Below are positions 13,389-27,234 of a stretch of DNA of 64,000 nt, in pieces. Numbering within the stretch: position 1 is the first letter of the stretch; every line of letters begins with the position of its first letter. Origin of the DNA: Squalus acanthias (Eukaryota); assembly GCA_030390025.1 (NCBI GenBank), contig CM059432.1, positions 98,396,001 through 98,460,000 on the forward strand, in the 5' to 3' direction. The translations under genes were made by a program, and so were the position numbers. The notes beneath the pieces were generated by a model, which had not been told where the DNA came from, made no database searches, and was given only the letters and a program-made list of their open reading frames with translations.

Positions 13389-14645
13389 ATCACAAGAAGA
13401 ACTGGCAATGAACATAGGAATATCAAGCAAGCAATTAAAAAACTATTATTAATATTGGGATTGTAGGCGTTGCTTCGTGAAGATGTTGCTGCAGTGATGA
13501 ACACGGCCAAACAGTACATCAGCCATCTGTTTAGTAGTTGTCACAACAAAGGAGTGCTGATTAAAGACTGTCTCTGCAGCTATCACTGAAGTGCTACATG
13601 TCAGTTACCACTTCCCTGGACAATCTAAGCCTTTGCATATACTACTCTTTCATTAAGGTCTGGTTGCCACTTGTTGGCCTTTGCACCTGACTCAGGGGTG
13701 AGTGCAGTGAGTTGTGATCCTCCTGCTCTGCCAGCTTGTGCGAGACATAATCTGGTATATATTGTAGCTGTAATGCTCACCGGCATATTTTACCTATCAT
13801 TGTGATACAAAGCGGCTGAAATTTCCTGGGCACGTCAAGCTCTACTGGCAGAAATGTGGCAGAGCAAAACTCCCCTCTGCCCACAGCAAAGGATACAGAC
13901 CTCATATCCCAAATTGTGGGGATTTGGTCATTAATGTAGGTAGGTTAGACAGCCCTCACCTTTAAGGGCATATCAGAGGTGCACACCCTGATTCATTGAC
14001 ACACCAGTAGTAGCCCACAGCTGCTCCAGCAAGTCAAATAAAAAAAATACATTCTTCTTCAGCTTTGAAGCCATAATACATTTATATTATAGGTAATTGA
14101 TTCCCTCGAGAATTAATTCACCGTGGCAAGTTCTGGGGCCTTTCCAAGAGCCTCCACAAAACTTATGCCAGCTCTCAGCTTCTGAAAGTTCCATTTAAGT
14201 ACTTACAAGGGCATAACAAGTGGAATATTTGGGGAACTCCTCCAGATACCCACTTTATGTAGGAGGAGTGAGTGGAAGATTTGCCCACTGTCCCTCAATG
14301 AGAATTTGCAACGTTGGTTACAGGGGGCAGAATTCCGATGAAACTAAGTTCTGGTCCTCTGCTGGGCATTGCACCAACTCTCCATCTCCCCAGGAATTTC
14401 AGACCCAATAACTCAATCAATGATGGGGTGGCGTTCTTAGTAAAGGTTGAAATCAGAGCAATAGTGAGAAAGGATATTGGCTCAGAAAATCAAGATGTAG
14501 AATCAGTCTGGGTAGAGCTAAGAAGCACTAAGGGGCAGAAAACATTGGTGGGAGTTGTCTCTAGGCCTCCAAACAGTAGTGGTAATGTAGGCGATGGCAT
14601 CAAACAGAAAATTAGAGATGCATGTAACAAGAGTACTACAGTAAT

Positions 14646-16317
14646 ACGATAGCAAAATACTGCAGATGCTGGAAATCCGAAATAACAACAGAAAACGCTG
14701 GAAAAACTCAGCAGGCCAGGCAGCATCCGTGGAGAGAGAAAGAGAGTTGACGTTTCAGGTCGATGACCTTTCATCAGAACTGGGAAGAGCTGGAAATCAA
14801 ATAGATTTAAGGCCAGGGTAAAGCTGGGAAAAGGGGGAGGGGATAAAGGAACAAAGGAGGAGATGAAGAGACATTAAGAGACATTAAGAGATATGCAAGG
14901 CTAGAGGTGGTGTTAATGTGACAGATTAAGGCTGAATGAAGTGTGAAATCTACTGGCAGAATGAAGGACAGCTGCCAGCTTCTAGGAGGAAAAAAAGGTG
15001 GGGGGGACAAATAAAAGGGTAGATAAAATAAAATATAAATGTGATTGGAGCTGAGGTTATGATCTAAAATTGTTGAACTCGATATTGAGTCCAGAGGGCT
15101 GTAGCGTGCCTAAACGAAAGATGAGGTGCTGTTCCTCGAGCTTACGCTGAGCTTCCGTGGAACAGTGTATTAGGCCGAGGACGGTGAGGTCAGAGTGGGA
15201 GTGAAGCGGTGAATTAAAGTGACAGGCCACCGGGAGCTCGGGGTCCCCCTTACGGACTGAACGGAGGTGTTCCGCAAAGCGGTCACCCAATCTGCGTTTG
15301 GTCTCCCCAATGTAGAGGAGTCCACATCGTGAGCAGCGAATACAGTATACTAAATTGCAGGAAGTACAAGTAAATCGCTGTTTCACCTGGAAGGGGTGTT
15401 TGGGGCCCTGGACAGTGTGAAGAGGGGAGGTATAAGGGCATGTGTTGCATCTCCTGCGCGTGCATGGGAAGGTGCCGGGCGAAGGGGAAGGGGTGCTGGG
15501 GGTGGTAGAGGAGTGGACTAGGGTGTCGCGGAGGGAGCGGTCCCTGCGGAATGCTGAAAGGGGAGGTGAGGGGAAGATGTGTTTGGTGGTGGGATCACGC
15601 TGGAGGTGGCGGAAATGGCGGAGGATGATCCGTTGAATGTGGAGGCTGGTGGGGTGAAAGGTGAGGACAAGGGGAACCCTATCGTGGTTCCGGGAGGGAG
15701 GGGCAGGGGTGAGGGCAGATGTGCGGGAGATAGAACGGACACGGTCGAGGGCCGTGTCGACCACGGTAGAGGGGAATCCTCGGTTGAGGAAAAAGGAAGA
15801 CATGTCGGAAGCACTGGTATGGAAGGTGGCATCATCAGAGCAGATGCGGCGGAGACGGAGAAACTGGGAGAATGGAATAGAGTCCTTACAGGAGGCGGGG
15901 TGGGAGGAAGTGTAGTCCAGGTAGCTGTGGGAGTCGGTGGGCTTGTAGTGAATGTTAGTCAATAACCTATCCCCAGAGATGGAGATGGAGAAGTCGAGGA
16001 AGGGAAGAGAAGAGTCGGAGATGGACCATGTGAAGGTGAGGGAAGGGTGGAAATTGGAAGCATAGTGAATGAAATGTTCTAGTTCAGGGCGAGAGCAGGA
16101 GACGGCACCGATACAGTCATCAATGTACCGGAAAAAGAGGTGAGGGAGGGGACCCGAGTAGGACTGGAACAAAGAGTGTTCCACATATCCCACGAAAAGG
16201 CAGGCATAGCTAGGACCCATGCGGGTACCCATAGCAACACCTTTAATTTGGAGGAAATGGGTAGAGTCAAAGGAGAAGTTGTTCAATGTGAGAACAAGTT
16301 CAGCCAGGCGGAGGAGG
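14646..16317 (-). mobile_element. 5'-truncated Penelope-like element, family A (Neptune type)
   Basis: RT motifs GVAMGTRMGPSYA and RYIDD, Cys linker CTRRRCNTC, GIY-YIG VYCIRC...YIGET, terminal GLNIEF; TSD GTACTACAGTAAT at 14633-14645 and 16318-16330. Confidence 0.95.
14745..14781 (-). ncRNA. Minimal type I hammerhead ribozyme motif with GUC cleavage triplet
   Basis: Minus strand AGTT-CTGATGA-A-AGGTC-ATC-GACCT-GAAACG-TC-AACT. Confidence 0.85.
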
Positions 16318-18894
16318 GTACTACAGTAATCATGGGTGACTTTAATCCACATATAGACTGGCCAAACCAAATTAACAATAATACTGTGGAGGATGAATTC
16401 CTGGAGTGTGTACGAGATGTTTTTTTAGACCAGTACATTGAGGAGCCAACTAGTGAACAGGCTATCCTAGATTGGGTATTGTGCAATGAGAAGGGGTTAA
16501 TTAATAATCTTGTTGTGCGGGGTCCTTTAGGGAAGAGTAACCATAACATGATAGAATTCTTCATTAAGATGGAAAGTGAAGTAGTCCAATCCGAAACTAG
16601 GGTCCTAAATCTAAACAAAGGAAACTACGAAGGTATAAGTAGTCAGTTGGCTATGATAGATTGGGGATCTTCATTAAAAGGCATGATGGTGGATAGGCAA
16701 TGGCTAACATTTAAGGAATGAATGCATGAATTGCAACAGTTATACATTCCTTTCTGGTGCAAAAACACAAAAGGAAAAGCGGCCCAACCATGGCTAACAA
16801 AATAAATTAAGGATAGTATTCGATCCAAAGAGGAGTTGTATAAAGTTGCCAGAAAAAGAAGCAAGCCTGAAGATTGGGAACTATTTAGAGTTCAGCAAAA
16901 AAGGACCAAGAGATTGATTAAGAGGGGAAAAATAGAGTATGAGAGTAAACTTGCAAGGAACATAAAAGCAGACTGTAAAAGCTTCTACAAGTATGTAAAA
17001 AGAAAAAGATTAGTGAAGACAAATATAGGTCCCTTACAGCCAGAAAAGGGAGAATTTATAATGGGGAACAAGGAAATGGCTGAGCAATTAAACAAATACT
17101 TTGGTTCTGTCTTCATGGAAGAGGACACAAATAACTTTCCGGAAATGCTAGGGAACCAAGAGTCTAGTGAGAAGGAGGAATTAAAGGAAATTAGTATTCA
17201 TAAAAAAATAGTGCTGGAGAAATTAATGGGACTGAAAGCCGATAAATCCCCAGGGCCTGATAATCTGTATCCCAGAGTACTAAAAGAGGTAGCCATGGAA
17301 ATAGTGGATGCATTGGTTGTCATCTTCCAAAATTTTATAGATTATGGAACAGTTCCTGCAGATTGGAGGGTGGCAAATGTAACCCCACTATTTAAAAAAG
17401 GAGGGAGAGAGAAAACAGGGAACTACAGACCGGTTAGCCTAACATCAGTAGTAGGAAAAATTCTAGAGTCTATTATAAACGATATGATAACAGGACACTT
17501 AGAAAACATCAACGGGATTAGACAAAGTCATCATAGATTTATGAAAGGGAAATCGTGTTTGACAAACCGACTGGAGTTTTTTGAGGATGTAACTGGTAGA
17601 ATAGATAAGGGAGAACCAGTGGATGTGGTGCATTTGGATTTTCAGAAGGCCTTTGATAAAGTCCCACAGAAGAGGTTAGTGTGTAAAATGAAAGCACATG
17701 GGATTGGGGGTAATATACTGGCATGGATTAAAAATTGGTTAACAGACAGGAAACAGAGAGTAGGAATAATTGGGTCTTTTTTGGGATGGCAGGCGGTGAC
17801 TAGTGGGGTACCACAGGGATCAGTGCTTGGGCCTCAGCTATTCACAATATATATCAATGATTTGGATGAGGGAACCAAATGTAATATTTCCAAGTTTGCT
17901 GATGACACGAAACTAGGATGCAAAGAGGCTTCAAGGCGATTTAGACAAGTTGAGTGAGTGGAAAAATACATGGCAGATGCAGTATAACGTGAATAAAGGT
18001 GAAGTTATCCACTTCGGTAGGAAAAACAGAAAGGCAGAGTATTATTTAAATGGTGATAGATTGGGAAATGTTGATGTACAAAGGGACCTGGGTGTTCTTG
18101 TACACCAGTCACTGAAAGCAAACATGCAGGTGCAGCAAGCAGTTAGGAAGGCAAATGGTATGTTGGCCTTCATTGCAAGAGGATTTGAGTGCAGGAGCAA
18201 GGATGTCTTACTACAGTTATACAGGGCCTTGGTGAGACCACACCTGGAGTACTGTGTGCAGTTTTGCTCTCCTTACCTAAGAAAGGATCTACTTGCCATA
18301 GAGAGTGTGCAGCGAAGGTTCACCAGACTGATTCCTGGGATGGCAGGACTGTCGTATGAGGAGAGATTGGGTCGAATAGGCCTGTATTCACTAGAGTTTA
18401 GAAGAATGAGAGGGGATTTCATTGAAAAGGTATAAAATTCTGACAGGACTAGGCAGACTGGATGCAGGGAGGATATTTCCCCTGGCTGGGGGTTCTAGAA
18501 CGAGGGGTCACAGTCTCAGGATATGGGGTAGGGCATTTAGGACTGAGATGAGGAGTAATTTCTTCACTCAGAGGGTGGTGAACCTGTGGAATTCTCTACC
18601 ACAGAAGGCTGTGAAGGCCAAGTCACTAAATATATTTAAGAAGGAGTTAGATAGATTTCTAGACACAAAAGGCATCAAGGGGTATGGGGAGAGAGCAAAA
18701 ATGTGGTATTGAGATAGAGAATCAGCTATGATCATATTGAATGGCAGAGCAGGCTCGAAGGGCCGAATGGCCTACTCCTGCTCCTATTTTTCTATGTTTC
18801 TGTGTTCTATGTTTCTAGAGGACCAGAGTAAATAACTGAAACAACAAAATCAAGGCAAAATGGGAAAATCAAAACAAAAGTGCTACATGGAGAA

Positions 18895-20395
18895 TTTCTA
18901 AACTTGCCGATGACACCAAACTTGTGGGCGTGGCAAATGTGATGATGATACCAATCGACTGCAACAGGACATAGAAAGGCTAGCAGAATGGGCAGATAAG
19001 TGGCAGATGGAATTTAATACAGAGAAGTGTGAGGTGATGCATTTTGGCAGAAGGGAGAGGCAATATACACTTAATGGAACAGTTTTAAAGAGTGTGCAGG
19101 GACCGAGGGACCTGGGAGTTAATATGCATATGTCCCTGAAGATGGCAGGACATATTGGGCTGGATTTTCATTGACCCGTGGAGGCGGGTTTGGAGGCGTG
19201 TGGGGGGTTAAAATTGCGAAAAGTGGCGGGCGGACCCGATTCCGCCTCCATTCCGCCACCACGCAATTTTGATGAAATGGTGTGCAGTGGTCCCGTCTCG
19301 GTCCCGCCTCCAAGAGGCGGGAGAGGCCATTAAAGCCCTTAACAAGCCCTACATTGGCTCTGTAATGCCATTTTGATACTTTTTAGCTAGTTTAACCCTT
19401 TTCCCACGTGAAGCATGCCTGATCTGAAACATGCCAGTGAAACCTATCTCTCTCTCAGTCTCTCTCTCTCTCTCTCTGAGCTGCTGCTCATTTTGCATCC
19501 AGGTCCTCTCACAGCAAAGGCCAGGCAGTCTCTGACCTGCAATGCAGCAACAATGATGACATCATCAGAGGCGACTTTCAGACTGAAACCACTAATTGGT
19601 TCATGGGTTCCCACATGCTGGAACTCAATTGCCCAATTAGGTGAAAATTGCATCAATCTCCCACATCCAATTGCAGTCGGATGGATAACATGAAATGCGG
19701 ATGACACGACCCCAACCTGCCCCAGTATCAAAATCCAGCCCATTGAGAGAGTGGTTAGCAAAGCATATGGGATCTTGGACTTCATAAATAGAGGTATTGT
19801 GTACAAAAGTAGAGAAGTTATGCTGAATCTTTATAAAGCGCTGGTTGGGCCACAGCTGGATTATTGCGTCCAGTTCTGGTCACCACACTTTAGGAAGGAT
19901 GTGAAGGCCCTTGACAGGGTGCAGAGGAGATTTACCAGAATGGTTCCGGGGATGGGGGATCTTAGCTACAAGGACAGGTTGGAGAAGCTGGATATGTTTT
20001 CATTGGAGCAAAGGAGGTTGAGGGGTGATTTGATGGAGGCGTACAAGATTATGACGGGTTTGGATAGGCTAGACGGGGAAAGTCTGTTTCCACTGGTTGA
20101 TGGTACAAGGACTAGGGGACACAGATTTAAGGTTTTGGGCAAGAGATACAGGGGGGACGTGAGGAAAACTTTTTTACGCAGCGAGTGGTGAGGACCTGGA
20201 ACTCGCTGCCGACGGAAGTGGTGGAAGCGGAAACACTCAATGTTTTCAAGGGGAGACTGGAGAGGCACTTGAGGGAAATAAACTTGCAGGGCTATGGGGA
20301 TAGAGCGGGGAATGGGACTGACTCGATTGCTCTGCAGAGAGCCAGCACGGACACAATGGGCTGAATGGCCTTCTTCTGTGACGTTATGACTCTAT
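18895..20395 (+). mobile_element. CR1 LINE 3' portion (second subfamily), split by a MITE
   Basis: KLADDTKL near 18900; ORF 19751-20191 LYKALVGPQLDYCVQFWSP; (ACTCTATG) tail resumes after the MITE ending at 21259. Confidence 0.9.
19157..19741. mobile_element. Harbinger-type MITE
   Basis: Perfect 12-bp TIR GGGCTGGATTTT/AAAATCCAGCCC with TSD ATT; interrupts CR1. Confidence 0.85.
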
Positions 20396-21259
20396 GGGGG
20401 GAAAATTTGGTTGCTTTGCGCCTCCCGTTAATGGGGCGCAAAGCAACTAGCGCCCGGGCGTGGTGATGTTTGCGCCACTCGCGAAATTGACCAGACATTT
20501 CGCGGCGGCGCTAAACACTACCGCCACGATCTCCTGCGTCTACAGATTGTGATGTCAGTGGAGTGTGTAGCGCCCCGGACAGGATATTGAGTGGCGCCCC
20601 CTGCCTTACCATCTGCCGCTAGCAATGACAGGTTGAGGGGAGCGTTTTGCAGTCGGTAAAGGACTGGCGGTGCGCTATTTAAAGGTGACCGCCTCCTGCC
20701 TTTTTTTAATCGGCGACATTTTTGCACCACGCATTCTGAGAGAGAGAGAGAGAGACTTCTGGACTGATTCAACGCTGTATGAAGGAGTTTTGGGTACTGA
20801 GCAGCACTTTGCAGGTTCATTTTGATTTGACGTTCCTTACATCGATTTAGAAGAGAGTATGGGGGCTGCACTCTGAGCTCTTTCCCTGGGCCTCTCCATT
20901 GTTCTTTCCAGCAGAATTGATGTACAGGTCTCTCCAGGCCAAGATTCAAGGCTGCAATGCGCAGGGTGTAGATGGAGAGCAAGATCGACCCTCCCCTTTA
21001 AGAACTGGCCAGCGCCAGTGTGTCTGTGTTCCATTGCTGACTGACATCACCTGAGCTTCACCAGCGCTCTGAGTTAGCGCCTCGCTCCTCGGCATTAGTG
21101 CTATAAGAGAGGGGTGTAGTGCCTGATTTTGTGCTCCAATCACCTCCGGGGCGATAGAAGCCAAGTTTGCAGTTGAAGGCGATAATTAGCGCCAGGCGCT
21201 AAACTTTGCGCCCGGCCGATAATTGCGCCCCAAACAGGGCGATACCGAATTTCTCCCCC
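20396..21259. mobile_element. Harbinger-type MITE (same family as 55035-55927, opposite orientation)
   Basis: TIR GGGGGGAAAATT...AATTTCTCCCCC with TSD TAT; inserted in a CR1 tail. Confidence 0.85.
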
Positions 21260-22552
21260 TATGACTCTATGGTGACCACAGGTCATGCAAGGCAGCCAAT
21301 AAACTAGTGCATAGCTCACCTTGGTGTTATTTTTGTTTTTTCTTCTTCCTAAGTTCTAAGTACACCATTATACATGTGCATCGGTTTCCTTGCATCCATT
21401 TATAATATTATTAAATGTTTATTGCTTTAAATATAGTTCATGGTAATTTTTTAACATTTGATATTGTTTGTGAACCATGAAACTTTAAACTTCAATGAAG
21501 TTATCAACATTTACACTGGAACACAGCCAAGTCCATCATCATTTTAATGTTACTTCATTGAAATAAAAACCAGCCTTCTGTTTTTATAAAATTAGCAGTA
21601 TGACTACTTTACAATGATTTCTTGGTATATTCTATTTTCAGCAAATATTTCACAAGAGAGAACTGCCATAGAATAACATATCATTTGTGATGACAGCATT
21701 AAATGTTGTACCTTGGCTTAATTTTATTTCCAACCTTTCCAATAATAAGTATCTTCTGCATTTTAATTGTGAAAGGAAATATAGCCCTGGGATTGTCAAA
21801 ATGAGAGTTTCTTGAATTACAAGTAAAAGTAAATAATTTCATTCTTCTGTTAGAAAATATAAACCATAGCATTTACACACGGACAATTTGTGCAGATCCC
21901 CAGTAATAAATAAAAGTAACATTTAGTAGCAATGACTTAGAGAGGGATGATATTTTAAAGCTGAATAATGGAAAACTCAAGGGGCAGAATTTGATTACTT
22001 TTGTGCTATTGATAAATAATCTTGTCCTGTAATGTGCAGTGTTAACAGTATTTAGTGACATGCAAACAAAGCTGTATATTTAACATCCCTATTAGCAGCT
22101 GCTTCCTAATTTTTCGTACCACTAAGAATGTTCTGGGCACAGGCAAATCTCTTTCAATGTAGTTGAATATGAGCAATCAATAGAAATTTGTATTTTGTTG
22201 TGTAGGTCTTGGGTACAAAGAAACAATTTCCCTATTTCGCTGAACAGGCTGCTTCTGGCCTAGTTTGTACCTGCAATCAAGAGCTTGACAAAAGGAATGC
22301 TAACAAAGACATGCACAGGCAGCCCTTCAACAGTTGCATCAAAGATTTAAAGGAAACAGTTCACATAGGCAACAACATTGGTTTCAGCCTTTCCCAAGGT
22401 TGAAAATAGTTGTTAAATATCTGTTAGCCTTCCTAAAAGCTGTATGGGCAGAAAGAAGGGCCCGGCAAAAGCCAATGGAAGGTAAAGCAAACATGGTGAC
22501 AGGAAACAAAGTCAGTGCACAACTAAAACAGTGGTGCAGTATCCCAAACTAT

Positions 22553-24315
22553 GGCCGTGATTTCGCCTACCTCAGCGGGGTCGGTGGCAGGGTGCGACCC
22601 TGTTGCTGGCTCCAGCCTGCTCTGTGAAATGATTTTACGCTGATTGGGCTTATTAAGCCTGCCCAGCGTGTTTGCCAGCCAATTGAAGGAAGTGGGTCTG
22701 ATGATGTCACTTGATGACGCATCATCAGCCAGTTTCCGTAATGCGTAAATTGATTTTGACAGTTTTGCTGTCAGTGTTCTACAGCATTGAGGTGCTGCAA
22801 ACACTGACAAGCACTGCACAAAGGTGCACGGCTGCACCCAGGTATTCCCATGACTCCCTCCATATGCTTATGGAGGGAGTCACAGTACGCAGGGAGATTC
22901 TCTTCCCTTCCCAGGGGCGGAAGAGACCTCCCCAGGAGATCAACACAGCCTGGTTGCACTTTGCACAGGAGAACACAAGCAGAGATGTGGTCAGGAGGAC
23001 CAGGCTGCAGTGACGCAAACCTTTCAATGATCTCAGCAGATCATGAAATGTTACTGCAAAGCCACACTCAACCCCATCCTGCTGTGCCACTCATCACATC
23101 CCCATCACTCTGCCTTCCCTACCCTACTCCTGCACATCTTTACTCACACCAACTTACCTTGCACCTCCACCCATCCCTCTCTATCTAATTTATCACTTCC
23201 CCATCTCACTAGCCACCCCTCACACTCACCCTCATCCTAGTCCAATCAAACCAAGTAACAATACACAAGGGTAGGCACTTGGGTGTTTAAGCCAATGTTC
23301 ATGTGAAGTTTCTGTTAATGTGGTGTCAAACATTGAAATCTTTATTTTCAACACTTTGCGTTCTTGGACAGATTTGTGTGCACCTTTGGAAGTGGCTTAG
23401 TGAGTTGCAGAGAATGGTGAGACATAATGGTACCCCCCGCAATGGTGATGAGTGTGAAAGGAATGGCTTGGGCATTGTAGGGATGCTTTATGGTGTTGGT
23501 GGGGGCTAGTGCCAACCTGGTGCATCATGAGGCAGCCAGGGTGTACAGCATCAAGTGAAGTAAATCTGGCTATGGTGAGGCCATCCCTGGTGTCCTGGGC
23601 AGCAATGTGGTTGGGTGCTGATGTCCTGTGTCCTGTGCAGCATCAGTTGATTGTGGAGAAGGTTGGTGTTGTTGTTGGTGCTGCTGGTGTGCCTGGAGCT
23701 GCTGGTATTGCGGCTGATCGTGGTGGGATTCTGAGGACCAAGCTGAGATAGTTTCAAGGGCACCGATGCAGATGGAATAGATGGCAGGTAAGGTTGAGAT
23801 AACAGAAGCGACCTGTGAATGGTGAGAGAGGTTCTTCCAATGAGGTGACACGTGATAGAGAGTTTGCTCCAAACACTTGCAAGCTGCATAAAGCTCAGTT
23901 TGTCTTCCAAATGCAGTAAGCAACAGCTTCTAACCTTGGAAAGTGAACCACTATGAAATGGGAGCTTTTGTAGACCATTTGCAGCTGTCAAGTTAAGAAA
24001 TCATCTCATGCTAACACAACACCTGACTTCCTTACCTGATGTGATACTCGAGCAGTGGGGAAGCTGTGGGCGAACTCTTAAGATCTAAAGGTGAGCTTAA
24101 AATAGCTTTTAAGTGCTTGTTAAGAAGCTCTTAACAATCTAAATTGCCTCCCCTGCCGCTTGGTGTCGGGTCTGTTCAGCGATGACAGACCCGCCATCTG
24201 GGAGGCTCGTGTGGAGGCGGGTTGACGCCGGGTTCCTTACCTGCTGTCAAAACATTTTTTTTCCCACCCGACCCACCACCAAACGCACCCGCTGACCCCC
24301 CGAAAAATTCCCCCC
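22553..24315. mobile_element. Harbinger internal-deletion derivative (Myb/SANT remnant on +, Q/H-rich remnant on -)
   Basis: TAT on both flanks, imperfect G/C-tipped TIRs, ORF 22711-23013 APRYSHDSLHMLMEGVTVRREILFP...; homologous to 1693-3795 and 32797-36702. Confidence 0.7.
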
Positions 24316-25729
24316 TATGTGTTTGATGGCTAGAAATGTGGAGGCACTGCTGCATTAAGTGGGTTCAAGGATGGTTGCCCTGGGTGATGTTCTAAGGCAC
24401 CTAGAAGACAGCTGGCTTAACATTGTGTACAGAGCTGCATCTCACATGGAGCCTCCGTTAGACCCAGTTGAAATGAGCTCCCAAAGCAAACAGCAAAATT
24501 CCTGCTGGAAAAGCTGGGAAGTTTCACCTTCAATCAATTAAATAATTCTGTGATCTCTAATGAGGCTCCCTCACACTTTGCACAAGAGCAGGCTTATCCT
24601 GTTCAGTCTGCCAGCTGCAAAATAGAACTAATTAGAATTGGACAAGAAATAGGCCTAAGGCATCGTTGCCCAATTTCCCAATCTGCGGTGATGGGACCAG
24701 CGAGCGGATTGAAAACCTACCTACTGGATTTTTATATTTGGCATTTCTTTAGCTCGTGTCACTAGAGTCGAATGTACATCACTACAACCAGTCCCCTTTT
24801 TTTGATGGCAGAATCATAGGCCCACGCGGTGAGATCACAATTCTGTTGGGATAAGTGAATTTGGCTTATCGACATGAGCGACCACCCCCCACTCCACTCA
24901 TCGGTACAGGTGTGAAAATATCTTTTGTGGTTGAAATTCTGCTGTATATTTTTAGTGTATTTGCTTCAAATGTTTTTGTTCAGTCTTTTAACCGAGCTGT
25001 TCATCCATTTAAGATAAATATTTCAAGCAAATGTATTAATTAGTGCATTACAAAGATCACACAGCAGATTCAACCCTGTAATTGTGTATATTTAATGCAA
25101 TTGGCTGTACAAAGTTTTCAGACTTCACCAGGTCACAATACAATACAGAATGCTTGCTACATTACATCGTGCATTTAACTTGAAAGTACATACATTGGGG
25201 TTTTCATGCAGCTCTGTACATTTGGTTGGTATTAACACAGATCATTACTTGACAGGATCTTAGGTCAGGCAGGAAAGGAGGGGACAGGAGTTTGTCAGGC
25301 AGAGATTGGAGCTATTTACCTATTTATTAAAATTGCATAGTCCCATTCTGATTGGGACAGGTGTTGAATGGCCTTTTACCTTTTCTGTCCTTTTTTTTCT
25401 CTGGGAGTCCAAACCTTTGGTGAGAAGTAGCTGTTTAAATAGCCACTACAAACGTGACCTTTTCTCCCAATGGAATACGAAATCTGAATGCTGAATAAAA
25501 ATAAACTTTCATCAAGATTTAGATACTCCGCCAACAGTACTATAATCAACTGCATCATAGAATTAATAAAAATAATAATATTGGCAACATGGCACTCAGA
25601 ATTGCCCTTAACATTAGTATCAGTAGGTGTTTGCTAACTAGTAGTGCTGTTGCAGGCTCCGCAATTGAGCTATGATTATATAACCTCTATTGTGTGTTAA
25701 AGGGTAAGTCAACTGTGGCTGAAGAACTG

Positions 25730-26101
25730 TGGCCTCGCCCCTCCCTATCTCTGTAATCTCCTCCAGCCCCAGAACCCCCCGAGGTATCTGCGCTCCTCTA
25801 ATTCTGGCCTCTTGAGCATCCCTGATTTTAATCACTCAACTATTGGTGGTCGTGCCTTCAGCTGCCTCGGCCCTAAGCTCTGGAATTCCCTGCCTAAACC
25901 TCTCTGCCTCTCTACCTCTCTTTCCTCCTTTAAGACGCTCCTTAAAACCTACCTCTTTGACCAAGCTTTTGGTCATCTGCCCTAATTTTTCTTTAAGTGG
26001 CTCGGTGTCAAATTTTGTTTTATAACTCTCCCGTGAAGTGCCGTGGGACGTTTTACCACGTTAAAGGCACAATATAAATACAAGTTGTTGTTGTTGTTGT
26101 T
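25730..26101 (+). mobile_element. L2 LINE 3' end
   Basis: Same 3' UTR and (TTG)n tail as 12795-13224. Confidence 0.8.
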
Positions 26102-26759
26102 GAATAATACTGTTTATTACACAATAGAACACAGGGTAATTGTTGAGATAATGTCTATTCTGTCAGCACCAGGTCTAAGATTACAAGAAAAACCTAGGGC
26201 ATTAACTGAAAGCAGCTGGTGGAAAAAAGATCACCGCAGAATAATATCAGGGCTGGGTAATTTAATTTTACAAAAGAAAAGGAATCTTCAGTTGTCTAGT
26301 GATAATATTTTAACTGTTAAAAGAATAAGGTACCCAAAGAGAAAAAAAACCTGCAATACCCAATATATAGATATTGGGAGCAAGTATTTCAGCAAAAATA
26401 TGCTCTTCCTATTTTAATCAAACCATGTAATGAAGCTTGCTTGTAAGAGCTGTAGGTTATCATGCTTAATATGATTGTTTCCACAGCAACGGCATAAATA
26501 GCTAAACATTTATTTGTATACAGCCCCTTACATCGGCAAAACTGCAAGTAATAGATTGCAGCAAAGTGAATTTTCCACTGTTTATTAGTCAATGAATTAT
26601 GGAATGCCATAAAAACATGAGCAATAGCTCAGCAGGTGCACACATAATTATTTCATAATTATGCACCAGCAGTAAACACTGTGTGTATAATTGCTTTCAT
26701 TTCATACTATGTAATTACTTGACTATTAACAGACTGGACAACATGAAAATTAATACCTT

Positions 26760-27012
26760 ACTCAAGTGGTCATTAGTCATGTGTGAGATTAGGCAATGAA
26801 TGCTGGCAAGCTATCTGACCCTGAGGTGTAGCAACTGAGGGCAATCCTGCTCTCATCCGATGTCCACACATGCACGGGTTCCAGCTGCGATGACTGGATA
26901 CTAATCAGGAGCCCGACCTTTGGTTGATTTTTCCTCTCACCAGCCCTGGGTGAGATCAGCAAACTGAGCACAGATGAGAAATTGAACCTAGACCCTTCCT
27001 GGTCTGTTTGGT
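26760..27012 (-). mobile_element. Possible degenerate tRNA-derived SINE
   Basis: Minus strand CAGACCAGGAAGGGTCTAGGTTCAATT resembles a tRNA head with a B box. Confidence 0.35.
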
Positions 27013-27234
27013 TGTGTATTTACTTGTGGTCCGTTTGGTGTCTGACACATCCAGAAACCAATCTCTAAACAATCTCCAAACTAAACAACTGAGAAATTCA
27101 TATAGTCGAGGTTCTGTTTGCCAGATATACAGTGTACTGGAGTACATTCTGTTTCCACAAACCATTTACCAAAATTCAGCTCTGCAAAAACCAAGGCTTC
27201 CACACCTAAGGTAATTTTCAACGACTGGGAAATT

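Larger units (their letters stand above)
14424..18817 (+). mobile_element. CR1 LINE ORF2 (APE endonuclease plus RT, disrupted), interrupted by a Penelope-like element
   Basis: ESVWVEL...[41 protein letters not shown]; (TTTCTATG)n tail; stops and frameshifts. Confidence 0.95.

Noticed and set aside
16140..16721. 193-aa ORF as a novel fusion protein (also the N-terminus of 15057-16370)
   Set aside because: Chance read-through across the PLE/CR1 insertion junction
20518..20982. ORFs within the MITE family (also 55261-55794) as genes
   Set aside because: The open frames differ between the two copies, indicating no coding constraint
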